Origin: Rubripirellula sp.
Lineage (GTDB): Bacteria; Planctomycetota; Planctomycetia; Pirellulales; Pirellulaceae
DNA length: 64,000 nucleotides
Direction: 5' to 3'
Assembly (NCBI GenBank): GCA_965216875.1
Contig: OZ244207.1
Coordinates: 3,648,001-3,712,000, forward strand
The position numbers and the translations under genes are program-made. The first letter of the stretch is position 1. Each line of letters opens with the position of its first letter. Of the stretch, positions 10,042-20,631 are shown one piece after another. The notes beneath the pieces were generated by a model. That model saw only the letters and a program-made list of their open reading frames with translations, was not told the DNA's origin and ran no database searches.

Positions 10042-13000
10042 CAGTCGTTCTGCCAACCCTCAAGCTGGTTGAAGTACTTGTCCAATCCAGTGCGGAACTC
10101 TTCGGGCAATGTCGCTCCGGCCGTTCCGGTCGACTGGCTGGATGCCGTCAAGTCTTCACGAACTTCCTTTTCATTCACTCCACTTCCGACCAACGCAAGT
10201 GCAGGTGTCTCGGTGTCGCCGCCACCGCCACCACCAGGACTTGCGCCACCACCGCCGCCACCGTTCGGGTTAAACCGCTTCGACTGCAGCAACAATTCGA
10301 TGATTTCAGTCTCCGCAGCAATCGCCGGTGCACCTGTCTCGGGACGTCGCAAAATGTCGACCGTCTCAAGCATGACATCTTCGACTTTCGACAGGAGCTT
10401 GATTTCCTTCGCGAATTGAGCTTGCGCGTCGGGCAACTCCTTGATTCGCTCGACGACTTTCTCCATTCGCACGCGGAACTCTTCTTGAGTTCCCGATAAC
10501 TTCTCGCCTGTCATCGTGTGTTCGGTATCGGTGACGGCAGGACGAGCCTGTTCGGCGACGCGTGTCTGCTCACGCAATTTCACTTCGCCTTCTAAGAGTT
10601 GCAAAACTTCCAATACGATCGATGGTGGCAAACTGCCAGCCGATTTGCAGCCCGGTCACAAACCGCCCTTGGTCACTTCAACCAGGTCTTCGGCCCAGCG
10701 ATCAAAGTTCTCACTCCAGTATTCCGCCTGTGAGATCGAAAGTCCGTTTTCTTTCTTCAAGTCATCACTCAGATGCCGAAGTCCCGCGGTCACGTCCTGA
10801 TCACGCATGTCATCCAACACCACTTTGAACCGCATGAAACGGCTGCGTTCGAAATAAGCAGCCATGTCGTCCATGATGTGCGAGGCTTCCTGGCTCGAAA
10901 CCGATTCGGTTTCAGACAGTTTCGCAAAGGTGTCTGCATTGCCTTCTTTCTGGCGGTTTGAGACCCCGAAAGTATCCGCGACCATCGAGCCGAGTTTCAT
11001 CGCAACTTGTTGCTGCTTTCGCGACGACGCCTTCAACCGCTTGACCAGAGTGCTGCCTTCAAGATTGGCAAGCACGTTGTTGAGTTCATCAACGATCTTT
11101 TCGAACTCGGCAAGCAGATCCTCTTGTTGCTCGACCGCTTCATCCACTTGTTCGTTCGCGGGTGGCGGTGGCTGATCACTCTTTTGGCCGCCGCCGGCAA
11201 GCATTGTTGTTGGCAACGTCAATCGTGGTTTCCCACCACTATCTTCTTGCGGTTCGCTTGGTTCCTTCGACTCAGGCTGATGATGCGACGATTCAACATC
11301 GCTGATTGTCGGAACCTTTGTGGGATCTTTTGGCTCGCCTGGCTTTTTGGGGTCAGCCGCGCCCGATTGAGTCAATCGGTTTTGCCCAGCCTTGGGAGCC
11401 TGGTTCTGTTGGCTCGGTGGACTTGACGGTTTCGCTGGAGCCTTTGATGCCTGCTTGAGCAGGTCGGCAACCGAAGGCATCCGGTTACCGCTAATGTCTT
11501 TAAGAACCTGCATCATCTCGGCCCACTTGTCCAAGTGCCCAACGCCGATCTCTGGATTCCGCATCGCCTCTTTGAGCAACATCTCGCCGAACGAGGTCAG
11601 GTTGGTGAGCCGACGCCCGTTGGCTCGTTCACCCTGGGCCTGCGAAGCGAGCAGGCGTCGGTTCTCGGGCCGATCGAGTTGCTCGGGCGACATGTCACGC
11701 AGTTGCTTGTTCGTTTCGTAAAGCTGCATCTCGCGATCGCGAACGTCCAATGACATGCGATGCCAGCGACTCAGCTCGGCCGTCACCCAAATCGCATGCT
11801 GTTCGGCGTTCAGTACGTTAAAGACGCAGGTCGGCGAATAGATGCGAGGTCGATCGGGAAAGTAGTCTTCGACAAACACGCGTACGGCCAACGGCTGTGG
11901 CGCGATCTCATTCTCTTTGGCCGAAAAGGTCGCGGCCAACTCGAGAAACTCGGCTTCGTAATCGCCGGCGCCGATCACCTTTTCGCCTTTGGCAAAACCT
12001 TGGACGGTTTCATCAAGTCCAACCCACTGAATCCCGACTCGTTTGACGCCAAAATCGTCGCGAGCTCGCACCTTGAACGTCAACACTTCGGTGTCGAGCA
12101 GAACCTTGCGGCGTGGCAGGTTTTCGCAAATCAACGTCGGCATTTCGTCATCGACGCCTTCGATGGTCAGTTCGAAGGGGCGTTTGCCGCTGAGCCCAAA
12201 CTGGTCCTCCCACTGCATCTCGATCTTTTCCGTTCCGTCAATCTTGACTGGTGGTGTCGAGAACTCGGAATCGGTTGTTGATTGAGGCTTGCCATTGACG
12301 AGCGCTGCCGATAGCTCTCGTGATGCGGTGGCCGTCAACGTGGTCTCGCTTCCTTTGACGACCGTCAAGGTCGCACCACGAATACTCTTTTCCAGCAACT
12401 TTTTGCGGCCGAGGTAATCGGGCAACTTCACTGCAGCCGACAAACCACTCAATTCGGGTCGCAACATCGGTTCGATTTTGGTTTCACCGGCAAAGTCACC
12501 GACGCGAACATTCAAATTGCTGTCGGCGATTTGCCCTGGAAGTTCAAAGTGATACTCGCTGTCGTCAGCAAGATCGGCCTCTTCGGCGGTGTGTCCTGCG
12601 AGGTTGACCGACGCCTTGGATGGTTTCCATTGCGTCGACTCTTGCAACTTGATCGCAACGTCGAACGATTCACCATGGGGCACGACGATCCGCTCGGGAA
12701 GTGGTTCGATCGCCGCGAACGTATAGCGAGGCGTCTCGCCCCAAGGCTTCAGGAAGCGTGCCCACGCGTTCTTTGCCGCAGCGGCGGTGAACAACAAGAG
12801 GGCAACGGCAACAAACCCGAGGAAGCCAACCGCGTACCCGCGTTGGATGTGTTGTGGATTGGGGATCGCGCCTCGCAGGTCTTGCTGCTCGACATTCTCG
12901 GCCACTTGCTTGATGGCCGCTTCGACCAGCTCGGGCGAGCGTGATTGCTCGGACGAATCTTCCGAGAGCTCGATCACACCAAGCAGTTGATCGCCAGCAC

Positions 13001-13349
13001 TTGGATGGGTTTGCGAAAGTAGACGCGCCAATTGGTCCATTCGCCTGCGTCGCCAGACCCAGCGTTCCAAACCGACCGGCACAAGCGCACACGCTGCGAT
13101 CGCGCCAAAGAAGATCACCGTACGAATGATCGCTGGCGTGTCAAAGAGACGATCAAGCGTATAGGTCAGCAGAAAGCCGACCAGAATGCCAATGACCGCG
13201 GCGGCGAACGCCTCGAACATCTTCAACCGCCAAACCCGCCCACGGAAATCGAGCAGTTTCGCTTTGAGCGATTCGGGGATCTGAAGTTGGTTATTCGACG
13301 TGACCTGCATGGGACCTTTTCTCCCAAGTGAAATAACTTGTGTTGTCAT
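10041..13349 (-). CDS. Large membrane-anchored coiled-coil protein of the MoxR/BatA operon (DUF4175-like architecture), ~1102 aa with one in-frame TGA at 10656-10658; candidate selenoprotein (UxxC)
   Basis: ORFs 10656-13349 and 10041-10631 share a frame: ...GAA GTG ACC AAG GGC GGT TTG TGA CCG GGC TGC AAA TCG GCT GGC AGT TTG CCA CCA = EVTKGGL*PGCKSAGSLPP. Three N-terminal hydrophobic helices and a SECIS-like hairpin downstream of the TGA. Confidence 0.78.
10624..10641 (-). promoter_or_regulatory. Candidate bacterial SECIS element (selenocysteine insertion hairpin)
   Basis: mRNA GG-C-UGGCA-GUU-UGCCA-CC begins 14 nt after the UGA. It has a bulged pyrimidine and a loop starting GU, resembling E. 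coli fdhF GGUUGCAGGUCUGCACC. Confidence 0.68.
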
Positions 13350-13478
13350 CTGGCGTTGCCGCCAGAATCGACCCGGTCTTTCGATGTGTGTTTATTGTTT
13401 CCTGTTCATCCAGCCACTGCTAGACACATTGTCTTGGCTGGGCAGAAATACCTGCCAGCCAACCGTCATTTGCTGATC

Positions 13479-15689
13479 CTAGATCAGTCCTACCGCTTTT
13501 CTCCAAACCCAAAAGATTCCCAAAAGCAGGACAATCAGGGCGAACGCCAGCGGGTGACTCCAAAGTTGCAAGCGTCGCACCGATGGCGGTGGCATCGGCA
13601 AATCAGCCAGCGCCGCGATCACTTGGTCGATCTCCTCGGGTCGAACCGACTGGCCCCGTGAAACCATCGACAACTCCTGCAGCACTTCGGGCCGAGCCGG
13701 CTTGCCGACTTGTTCAATCTGTTGGCCTTGCACGAAAAAGTTCGCCTGCAGCGTCGCGCCCGTTTGTCGGCAAGCTAACGTTACGTCATGTTTGCCTGGT
13801 TCCGTTGGCACGTAACGACCTTCGAAAACACCCCAGCGATCGCCTTCGGCAGTCAAACGAATCGTGTCCGAATTGCCCGAAGGCGCGATGATTCGGGCCG
13901 TCACATCACCCTTGGCCAGCGGTTCGCCGCCGTTGTCCATCACATGAGCATGGAAGGTAAGCGTGCGTCGCATTTCGGGTTGATCGGGCGTGTAGTAAAG
14001 ACGCATCGTTTCGCCCTTGGCCATGTTGCGTTGGTACGCCATCCAGCGCACCACCTGACCCCAAAAGCGATAGTGGTACTTGTCTTCGACACCTTTACGC
14101 CACCGCCATGCACCGTCGGTTCCCATGAACAGAACCTTGCCCGCGCCGTAAGTGCGCGTCGCCAGCAACGGCAAGCGACCGTACTTGTTTGACATCTCGC
14201 CATGAACCGCAAGGACTTCGCAACCGGCTTTGGCGCGAATCACTGGAGCGTACCACTGGAATCCAGGCAGGTCTTCCCAAACTTGAACGTTCTCCTGGCT
14301 GGTATCGGCAAGCTTGGTCAACAAACTGCTTCGCCCGCGTTCAGTCAATTCAAAGTGGCCGGGTGTTCGCGATCCCCAACCGCCAAGTTGGGCCTCGTCC
14401 AAGATCACGGGGCACAACTCCTTCAAACTCGTCTCCAACAAGCTGAATTGTCGCCCCTGCCAACCAGGCATGAAGACAAGACCGCTGGCCTGATGTTCGA
14501 CCAAGCCTTTGACCAGATCGCATTGCTCTTCGGTCAATTGGCCATCTTCAAGTCCAACGTCTCCGAGAAAGACAACGTCGTATTGCGAAAGATCTTCAAT
14601 CGCTTCAGGAAAGGCTTTGATGTAATCCTTTGATCCGCCACCCACCTTGTCCAATCCGGGATGAAACAGCAAGCAAGAGACATCGACACCGGGATCGCGC
14701 GACAACGCGTTTCGCAAATAGCGGTATTCCCACCGCGGGTACGACTCGACCAGTAGGACTTTCAGTTTCTCTTCGCGAATCGCAATTGGCGCCGATTGTT
14801 CGTTGTTGCCGGGGATCGTTTCGTCGGCATGTTTGGGGATCGTCAAAGTGACCGAGTAGTCGCCCGTGACTTGTGGCTTCCAATTGATTGCGTCGGTCGT
14901 GCGACCCATCGGGGCAATGCGTACATCTTTGGTAAGCGTTTCGCCATCGGAGGTTTTCAGAGACACCGTCGTTAGGAACTCTCGTGGCAGTGAGCTGTCG
15001 ACGGTAAATGGAATCCGCACCACCTTGCCCGCCGTTCCAAAGGTTGGCAGGTCAACACTGACCAATTCCAAATCGGGCAATCGTGTGGCGCTGCCCGAGG
15101 CCACGGTGAAAACGGGAACGCCTTTGGTGCGCAGTCGCGATGCCGCTTCCACGGGCGGTTTGCCTTGGTTCCAATCGCCATCGGAAATCAATACGATCCC
15201 CAGCAGTTGGTTGACGCGTGCCGCCACTTCCAACAAGGGTTCGTTCAAATCCGTGCCAATCGAATTCGCTTCACCCACCGACTCGGGCGAAGCAATCGGT
15301 TCGACAACCACGTTAAGTTTTTCATCGAGTGCGTTCCACGCGTCGGCTTTGGTCAGCGAATCGATCGCCTCGGCTCGGGTGATCGCGCCGACTTCGGCGT
15401 CGCCAGTGACAACATCACGTGTCTGCATGCTTGCCGATTGGTCCCACAAGACGGCAATGGTTGGCTTTGCGTCGGGACGGTATTCTTCGACCCACTCGGG
15501 TTGGTTCAACAGGATCGCCACCATGGCAACGATCACAACGCGAAGCGTTTCCAAGCCGGCCACCGACCGCGAATAGCCGCTTCGCTGCCACGCGAAAACA
15601 CCAAGCGCCGCGGTTGCCAACACAACCACAACCGCTGCGACGACCGAAAAGGTTGTCCCCATGAAGGTGAGCTGCTGAACGGAGTTCAT
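13479..15689 (-). CDS. Membrane protein with vWA domain and class I glutamine amidotransferase-like domain
   Basis: N-terminal TM helices, MIDAS-like VLWDQSASM and VLISDGDWNQG, KVLLVESYPRWEYRYLRNALSRD, GAGKVLFMGTDGAWRWR, and a C-terminal TM helix. Confidence 0.85.
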   Translation of the reverse strand: MNSVQQLTFMGTTFSVVAAVVVVLATAALGVFAWQRSGYSRSVAGLETLRVVIVAMVAILLNQPEWVEEYRPDAKPTIAVLWDQSASMQTRDVVTGDAEVGAITRAEAIDSLTKADAWNALDEKLNVVVEPIASPESVGEANSIGTDLNEPLLEVAARVNQLLGIVLISDGDWNQGKPPVEAASRLRTKGVPVFTVASGSATRLPDLELVSVDLPTFGTAGKVVRIPFTVDSSLPREFLTTVSLKTSDGETLTKDVRIAPMGRTTDAINWKPQVTGDYSVTLTIPKHADETIPGNNEQSAPIAIREEKLKVLLVESYPRWEYRYLRNALSRDPGVDVSCLLFHPGLDKVGGGSKDYIKAFPEAIEDLSQYDVVFLGDVGLEDGQLTEEQCDLVKGLVEHQASGLVFMPGWQGRQFSLLETSLKELCPVILDEAQLGGWGSRTPGHFELTERGRSSLLTKLADTSQENVQVWEDLPGFQWYAPVIRAKAGCEVLAVHGEMSNKYGRLPLLATRTYGAGKVLFMGTDGAWRWRKGVEDKYHYRFWGQVVRWMAYQRNMAKGETMRLYYTPDQPEMRRTLTFHAHVMDNGGEPLAKGDVTARIIAPSGNSDTIRLTAEGDRWGVFEGRYVPTEPGKHDVTLACRQTGATLQANFFVQGQQIEQVGKPARPEVLQELSMVSRGQSVRPEEIDQVIAALADLPMPPPSVRRLQLWSHPLAFALIVLLLGIFWVWRKAVGLI

Positions 15690-17701
15690 GATGCTGCTCC
15701 TTCATTGGCGAACATTGGCCCCGATCCCTTCGTCACCTTGCGTGGGATGCACAACGCTGCCTCGAGCACGAGTGCAACGAGCATGATGACTAAGAAGAGC
15801 CGCCAGATCTCCTGGATCAACGACGTGCCACTTCCTGCGCTGTCGTCGACACGGTCAAAGTCGAGCTGTTCGAATAGCCCCGCCACACGATCTTGAGAAA
15901 CGACCGCTGCGACGTCTTCGTCAGCGCTGCGATTGATGGCGAGCAATCGATCCTCTTCGCGGTAGATCCCAGCGTGCGACGCGAACTCACTTGACAACGC
16001 ATCGACCTCGCCAGCGAGTTGCCGCCATTGGGCCGTGTCGGTGGTCGCCAGGGCGCCAGCCGAAACTTGTCGTGTGTTGCCCAGTGACTTGGCACCTTCG
16101 GAAAGGGCTCGTTGAATCATCGCGTAAAGCACCACCCCATCTCGAGCGAGCGACGAATCCGACTGCAGCGCCGTCGTGCTGCAGAAGTAGATGTTGCGAG
16201 CATCGGTGACCGCCTGGGCAAGCAGTGCCGCACCACCGTCAAGTGTGGCGAGAGTCAGCCGTTCTCCCTCGAGCTCGCAGTAGCGATGAACCTTCCACTG
16301 TCCCACGGGAAGGGACGCACCACTTCGCACTTTTGCCAACAAGCCTTGATCACCCGACCAAGTCGAAACCTGAAACGTTTGTTCCTTGTCTTGCCAGTCT
16401 GCCCAGGAAACACCAGCAAACGAATCGGTCGAAGGCGTTGTGGGAGGAAAAAAGATGACCTGACCGCCCCGATCCAAGAATGCATTGAGCTGTCCGCCAA
16501 GGCTGTCGGCGGCGTCGCCACTGGGCAAGTCTGATTGCCAAAGCACGAGCGAAACCTCGTTCCAGTTCACGCCGATCAATTGATCGGGTGAAACCGAAAT
16601 CGCTTCGCAGCGAATCTCCTGTGACGGCGAAATCGAAGCTGCAAACTCGAGCGGCCGGGTTGCGTCGGGATCATCACTGACAATCACGGTCTTTCGCACG
16701 ACCGCTTCGTCGTAAACAAAAAAGAACTCATTGTCCGCGGGACTGGTGTCGGTTGGAATCGAAACGCGTCCCCAACCTCGCGTCTTGCCGCCGTCGAGTT
16801 CAAAGGGAATGTTCTTCAGATCAACTTCCGTCCCGGTGATCTCAGCCGAGAACTCGCTCCGCGCGCCGTCGAGTTCCAACGTGATCGGAATCGTCTGAGT
16901 CGATTCCGCCGGCGTCATCTGTTCGATGCGCAGCGAAAGCAACAGTTCGGGACCGTCCTCGCCGACCACGCGACGCGCATCGGTCACACGTATCGAACGG
17001 TTGGTGGGATCCACATCGGTGTAGGCCAACAAATGGAAACGCACCATTTGCGGCAGTTCCTGCAGTGACTTGCGAACCGCCGTCCAGCGTCCGCTCTCAT
17101 CTTTCCAGTCGTTCCGGCGGACGTCGCTGCAGATCCAGATTTCACAGCGACTCGGGCGATTGGCCCGAATGTACTCGTCGGCAACCTCCAACATCGTTGG
17201 CACATCTGCCGACGCACTCACCGCCCCAGTCTCGGGCAGGTCCTGCAGTACCTCGGGCGATTCAATTTCGACGGCTCGCTCATTCACACTATCGATGAGG
17301 ACGTAGCGATTCGATTCGAGCAAGCTTAGCGAGCGGACCAGTTGGTCGACGCCCGACTGTAATTTGGTTCGGCCACCGGGACCACTCTGCGTCATACTTG
17401 CCGATCGATCGAGCAGGATGATCGTCGTGTCGACCTTGCTGCCAGCCGCGACGCCGATCCAACCACTGGCAAGTGGTCGTGCAATCGCAAACAGCAATCC
17501 TGCGATGGCAAGCGTTCGCGCGGCAAGGATCAACCATTGTCGCAACCGAGCGTAACCGCGCGACATTCGATTGGCCTGCAACAAAAAGGCCATTGCCGCC
17601 CACTGCACGGTTTGAAACCGGCGTTGGTTGATCAAGTGAATGATGATCGGTAGCGCGATTACTGGAATCGCAAACAGCATTGCAGGCTGAATGAAACTCA
17701 T
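15686..17701 (-). CDS. BatA (aerotolerance regulator) N-terminal domain and vWA domain protein
   Basis: MSFIQPAMLFAIPVIALPIIIHLINQRR...WAAMAFL...LFAIARP is the BatA double-TM signature. Also LLDRSASM and a C-terminal IWRLFLVIMLVALVLE helix. Confidence 0.88.
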   Translation of the reverse strand: MSFIQPAMLFAIPVIALPIIIHLINQRRFQTVQWAAMAFLLQANRMSRGYARLRQWLILAARTLAIAGLLFAIARPLASGWIGVAAGSKVDTTIILLDRSASMTQSGPGGRTKLQSGVDQLVRSLSLLESNRYVLIDSVNERAVEIESPEVLQDLPETGAVSASADVPTMLEVADEYIRANRPSRCEIWICSDVRRNDWKDESGRWTAVRKSLQELPQMVRFHLLAYTDVDPTNRSIRVTDARRVVGEDGPELLLSLRIEQMTPAESTQTIPITLELDGARSEFSAEITGTEVDLKNIPFELDGGKTRGWGRVSIPTDTSPADNEFFFVYDEAVVRKTVIVSDDPDATRPLEFAASISPSQEIRCEAISVSPDQLIGVNWNEVSLVLWQSDLPSGDAADSLGGQLNAFLDRGGQVIFFPPTTPSTDSFAGVSWADWQDKEQTFQVSTWSGDQGLLAKVRSGASLPVGQWKVHRYCELEGERLTLATLDGGAALLAQAVTDARNIYFCSTTALQSDSSLARDGVVLYAMIQRALSEGAKSLGNTRQVSAGALATTDTAQWRQLAGEVDALSSEFASHAGIYREEDRLLAINRSADEDVAAVVSQDRVAGLFEQLDFDRVDDSAGSGTSLIQEIWRLFLVIMLVALVLEAALCIPRKVTKGSGPMFANEGAAS

Positions 17702-18609
17702 CGAATCCCCCGCGACTTGGTTCGGCCGGCCAGGAACCGCAGCAACACCTGCTCGTACGCTTCATCCACGCTGATTCGGTGATAGTCGATCGCCGACTCA
17801 AGCACGATCGATTTGATTTGATCCAAATAGGTGTGCAGCGCCTTTTGATACCGATCAACAATTTCGGTAGGTTCAGCAAAGATCGACGTGCCCCCTTCCA
17901 TGTCAACAAACCGCGTCGGCCGTCGAAACTCGAAGCCCAGTTCTTGAGGGTCGAGCAAATGAAAGACCGCCACGTCATGTTTGCGAAAACGAAGGTGGTC
18001 AAACGCTTCACGCAGCTGTTCGGGATCGACGAACAAATCAGACATAATCACGACAAGTGCGCGCTGCCGCGTCGTTTCGGCAAACTCGTGCAATCGGTTG
18101 ACCAATTGCGTGTCGCCCGCCGCGTCGGAATGCTCGAGCACATCGAAGATGCCTCGCAAGTGCGACGGCGTTCGTCGGGGTGGAATCGTGCGAACGATTT
18201 CCTCGGCAATGCAGGTCAAACCGACCGCATCGCCTTGCTGGACGGCCAAGTAGGCGAGCGAACCGGCCAACCGCCGAGCGTATTCAATTTTGGTCACGTC
18301 GCCGGAACCAAAGTTCATGGAACCGCTCGTGTCGAGCACCATGCAGCAGCGCAGGTTCGTGTCCGCTTCGAACTCTTTGACGTAGAAACGATCGGTGCGA
18401 CCATAGGCGCGCCAATCGAGACGCCGCAAATCATCACCAGGGACATAGCGTCGGTATTCTGCAAACTCGACGCTGGCACCGCGATGTGGGCTCGCGTGCA
18501 TCCCCGAGACACTTCCGACCATCGCCCGTCGCGCGAACAACGGCACCGCCGCAAGTCGTGCCAACGCCTGCGGGTCAAGGAAGCTGCGATTGTTATCGTC
18601 GGGGAGCAT
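17698..18609 (-). CDS. DUF58 domain-containing protein (MoxR-associated)
   Basis: GASVEFAEYRRYVPGDDLRRLDWRAYGRTDRFYVKEFE, VLDTSGSM and VVIMSDLF. Confidence 0.92.
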   Translation of the reverse strand: MLPDDNNRSFLDPQALARLAAVPLFARRAMVGSVSGMHASPHRGASVEFAEYRRYVPGDDLRRLDWRAYGRTDRFYVKEFEADTNLRCCMVLDTSGSMNFGSGDVTKIEYARRLAGSLAYLAVQQGDAVGLTCIAEEIVRTIPPRRTPSHLRGIFDVLEHSDAAGDTQLVNRLHEFAETTRQRALVVIMSDLFVDPEQLREAFDHLRFRKHDVAVFHLLDPQELGFEFRRPTRFVDMEGGTSIFAEPTEIVDRYQKALHTYLDQIKSIVLESAIDYHRISVDEAYEQVLLRFLAGRTKSRGIR

Positions 18610-18657
18610 GGTGGTTTGTACCGACCGCGGTTTGGCGGCGGCTTTGGTGGTTGCAAG

Positions 18658-20628
18658 TTAGTTGGGTGTCGCGTAGATCAACCATTTTCCGTCGGGGCTG
18701 AAACAAACGGAGGTCACCGCTCGCTCTTCACCCACTTCTTTCATCCGAATCGGCGTGCCGTCGCCCTCGGGCGAAAACTCGTAAAGCAACGCCTTTTTCT
18801 TTTCAGGTGTGTTGAGGTTGAACACAATCCGCTTGCCATCGGGGGACCAAGCCAAATCGGCGCCAATTTGTCGGTCGGTTGCGTGGTAGGTCTTCAAATC
18901 GGGGGCGCCAGTCATATTAACGATTGCCAACTGCTGTTTGTTAGGCAAACGCCCCTTAAACACCATCCGCTTGCTGTCAGGCGACCAAGCCATGTTCCAG
19001 AAGATGTACTGGTACGGGTGCTCGCCCTTGGCCAACACGACCCGCGTCTCTTCCGAATCGACATCGTAGACGCGCAGGGAATTGTCATTGGTGTAGGCAA
19101 TCGACTTTCCATCAGGTGACCATTGGGCAGCCCAACCGTCAGCGATTCGCTTTTCAGGTGTCCCGTCGGCCTTCATGATCCAAATGCCACTGCCACCCTC
19201 GTAGCGTGAACAGGCAAAACGTTCCCCATCAATCGACCAACTCGGCATCAAGCCATCTGTCAGGTTGTGCACATTCTTGCCGTCAGGCGTCATCTTCAAG
19301 ATGCGCGCCTTGCTGATGCCTTGGCTCGGCGTGACGTCAAACGCGATCCACTTGCCGTCGTTTGAAACGGCCGGAGAACCGCAGGTCGGGAACTCGCGCC
19401 GCCGATAAACTTCGCGAGACACGCCGTCTTCGAGCGAAATCATAACGAGCGAATGAATCGCTTTGCTCTTGAATTCGAATTCGTCGGCCGACAGCTTGTT
19501 GTCACGATCCAGGTCGTGACGGTGAAAATAGAAACGACGATGCAATTGAAAGAGACTGCGTTTGTTTGAAAAGACAAACTCTTCAAATGAAAGAAACGAG
19601 TCATCGTTGTCGTCTTTCGGGATCGATCCCCACGAATAGTTATGGTTGCCGAGCATCGATAGACGAAACTCGCTGAGCGAGAGTTTGCCGTCGCCATTTT
19701 CGTCAAATCCCGATAGTGATGACGAAATCAAACTCTGGCGAAACCCTGGCGTCGAATCACGCAACTCATGCTTGTCCAACAACGCATCAAAGTTCGTGTC
19801 GGCTTTGCGAAAATCTTCGATCGGATCAACGATGTTGGGTCCATCGACTCGAGTGAACTCACGGAGTGTGATCCGCCCATCGTTATCACGATCCGCCGCC
19901 TCAAAGTCAGCTTCGGCCGTTTGAGGACGCCACCAAGTTTCGATGAATTCCTGTTTCGAAATCACGTCGTCGGAGTTGGCGTCGCTGCGCAGAAACCGCG
20001 CAAAGTTCACCACGCGTCCATTTTCCAAACGCAGTTTGTTACCGGTCGTCCAACGGATCCCAAGTTGGATCTCAAGAAAACGCTTCGCCTCTTCGCGGGT
20101 CACCGAATGATCACCGTTCGGATCAGCCTGAGCAACGATTTCGCGTTCGAGCCGACGACGGTTGTCCGTCGACAATGAGGCTGCAAAGTTGATCGCAAAG
20201 AACGTGCTGTTCATTTGCTCGGTGGTTCGATTGTTCCAACCATCGTAGGCTTCATCCAAAGCCTCGATCGCTTGCTCGAGCAAACCGTCATAAGGGTCAG
20301 GCATCGGACCGCGCTGACGTGGCTTGCCGCTGCTCGGAGTCATGTCGAATTCGCTTTGCGAAAGCTTTTTGTCGCCGTTGAAATCGAAAAGCTTGAAGTC
20401 ACGACGCAAAACGCGAGCATCACCGCCCCGTTTAAGGTACTCCTCCTCGCTCAGTTGCCGATCTGCGTCCTGGTCGAGGACGGTGAACGCCGCGCGGCGT
20501 AACTGAGCAAGGCGTTCGGCGGAATCTTGGCCCAGGAGCGTCTGACAGGGCAAGGCAAGAACCATCAACAGCGCAGCGGTGATCGCCGCGACTGCATGAT
20601 TGTTCATCAAGCCCGACAAAGTCCGCAT
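18658..20628 (-). CDS. Exported EF-hand repeat protein with C-terminal TolB-like (PD40/WD40) beta-propeller
   Basis: Signal peptide, about ten DxDxDGxxSxxE-type loops (DFNGDKKLSQSEF, DRDNDGRITLREF, DENGDGKLSLSEF), then WSPDGK repeats. Confidence 0.85.
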   Translation of the reverse strand: MRTLSGLMNNHAVAAITAALLMVLALPCQTLLGQDSAERLAQLRRAAFTVLDQDADRQLSEEEYLKRGGDARVLRRDFKLFDFNGDKKLSQSEFDMTPSSGKPRQRGPMPDPYDGLLEQAIEALDEAYDGWNNRTTEQMNSTFFAINFAASLSTDNRRRLEREIVAQADPNGDHSVTREEAKRFLEIQLGIRWTTGNKLRLENGRVVNFARFLRSDANSDDVISKQEFIETWWRPQTAEADFEAADRDNDGRITLREFTRVDGPNIVDPIEDFRKADTNFDALLDKHELRDSTPGFRQSLISSSLSGFDENGDGKLSLSEFRLSMLGNHNYSWGSIPKDDNDDSFLSFEEFVFSNKRSLFQLHRRFYFHRHDLDRDNKLSADEFEFKSKAIHSLVMISLEDGVSREVYRRREFPTCGSPAVSNDGKWIAFDVTPSQGISKARILKMTPDGKNVHNLTDGLMPSWSIDGERFACSRYEGGSGIWIMKADGTPEKRIADGWAAQWSPDGKSIAYTNDNSLRVYDVDSEETRVVLAKGEHPYQYIFWNMAWSPDSKRMVFKGRLPNKQQLAIVNMTGAPDLKTYHATDRQIGADLAWSPDGKRIVFNLNTPEKKKALLYEFSPEGDGTPIRMKEVGEERAVTSVCFSPDGKWLIYATPN

Positions 20629-20631
20629 CCA

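Noticed and set aside
10041..10631. The 196-aa ORF as an independent gene, or the locus as a simple pseudogene
   Set aside because: It has a TTG start inside a hairpin with no RBS and is in frame with the upstream ORF. The UxxC context plus SECIS-like hairpin favour read-through. A nonsense mutation or sequencing error is not fully excluded.
17779..19119. 446-aa plus-strand ORF and similar antisense ORFs (2889-3836, 8303-9067, 32337-33227)
   Set aside because: These are shadow ORFs opposite well-supported genes in GC-rich DNA and show no motifs.
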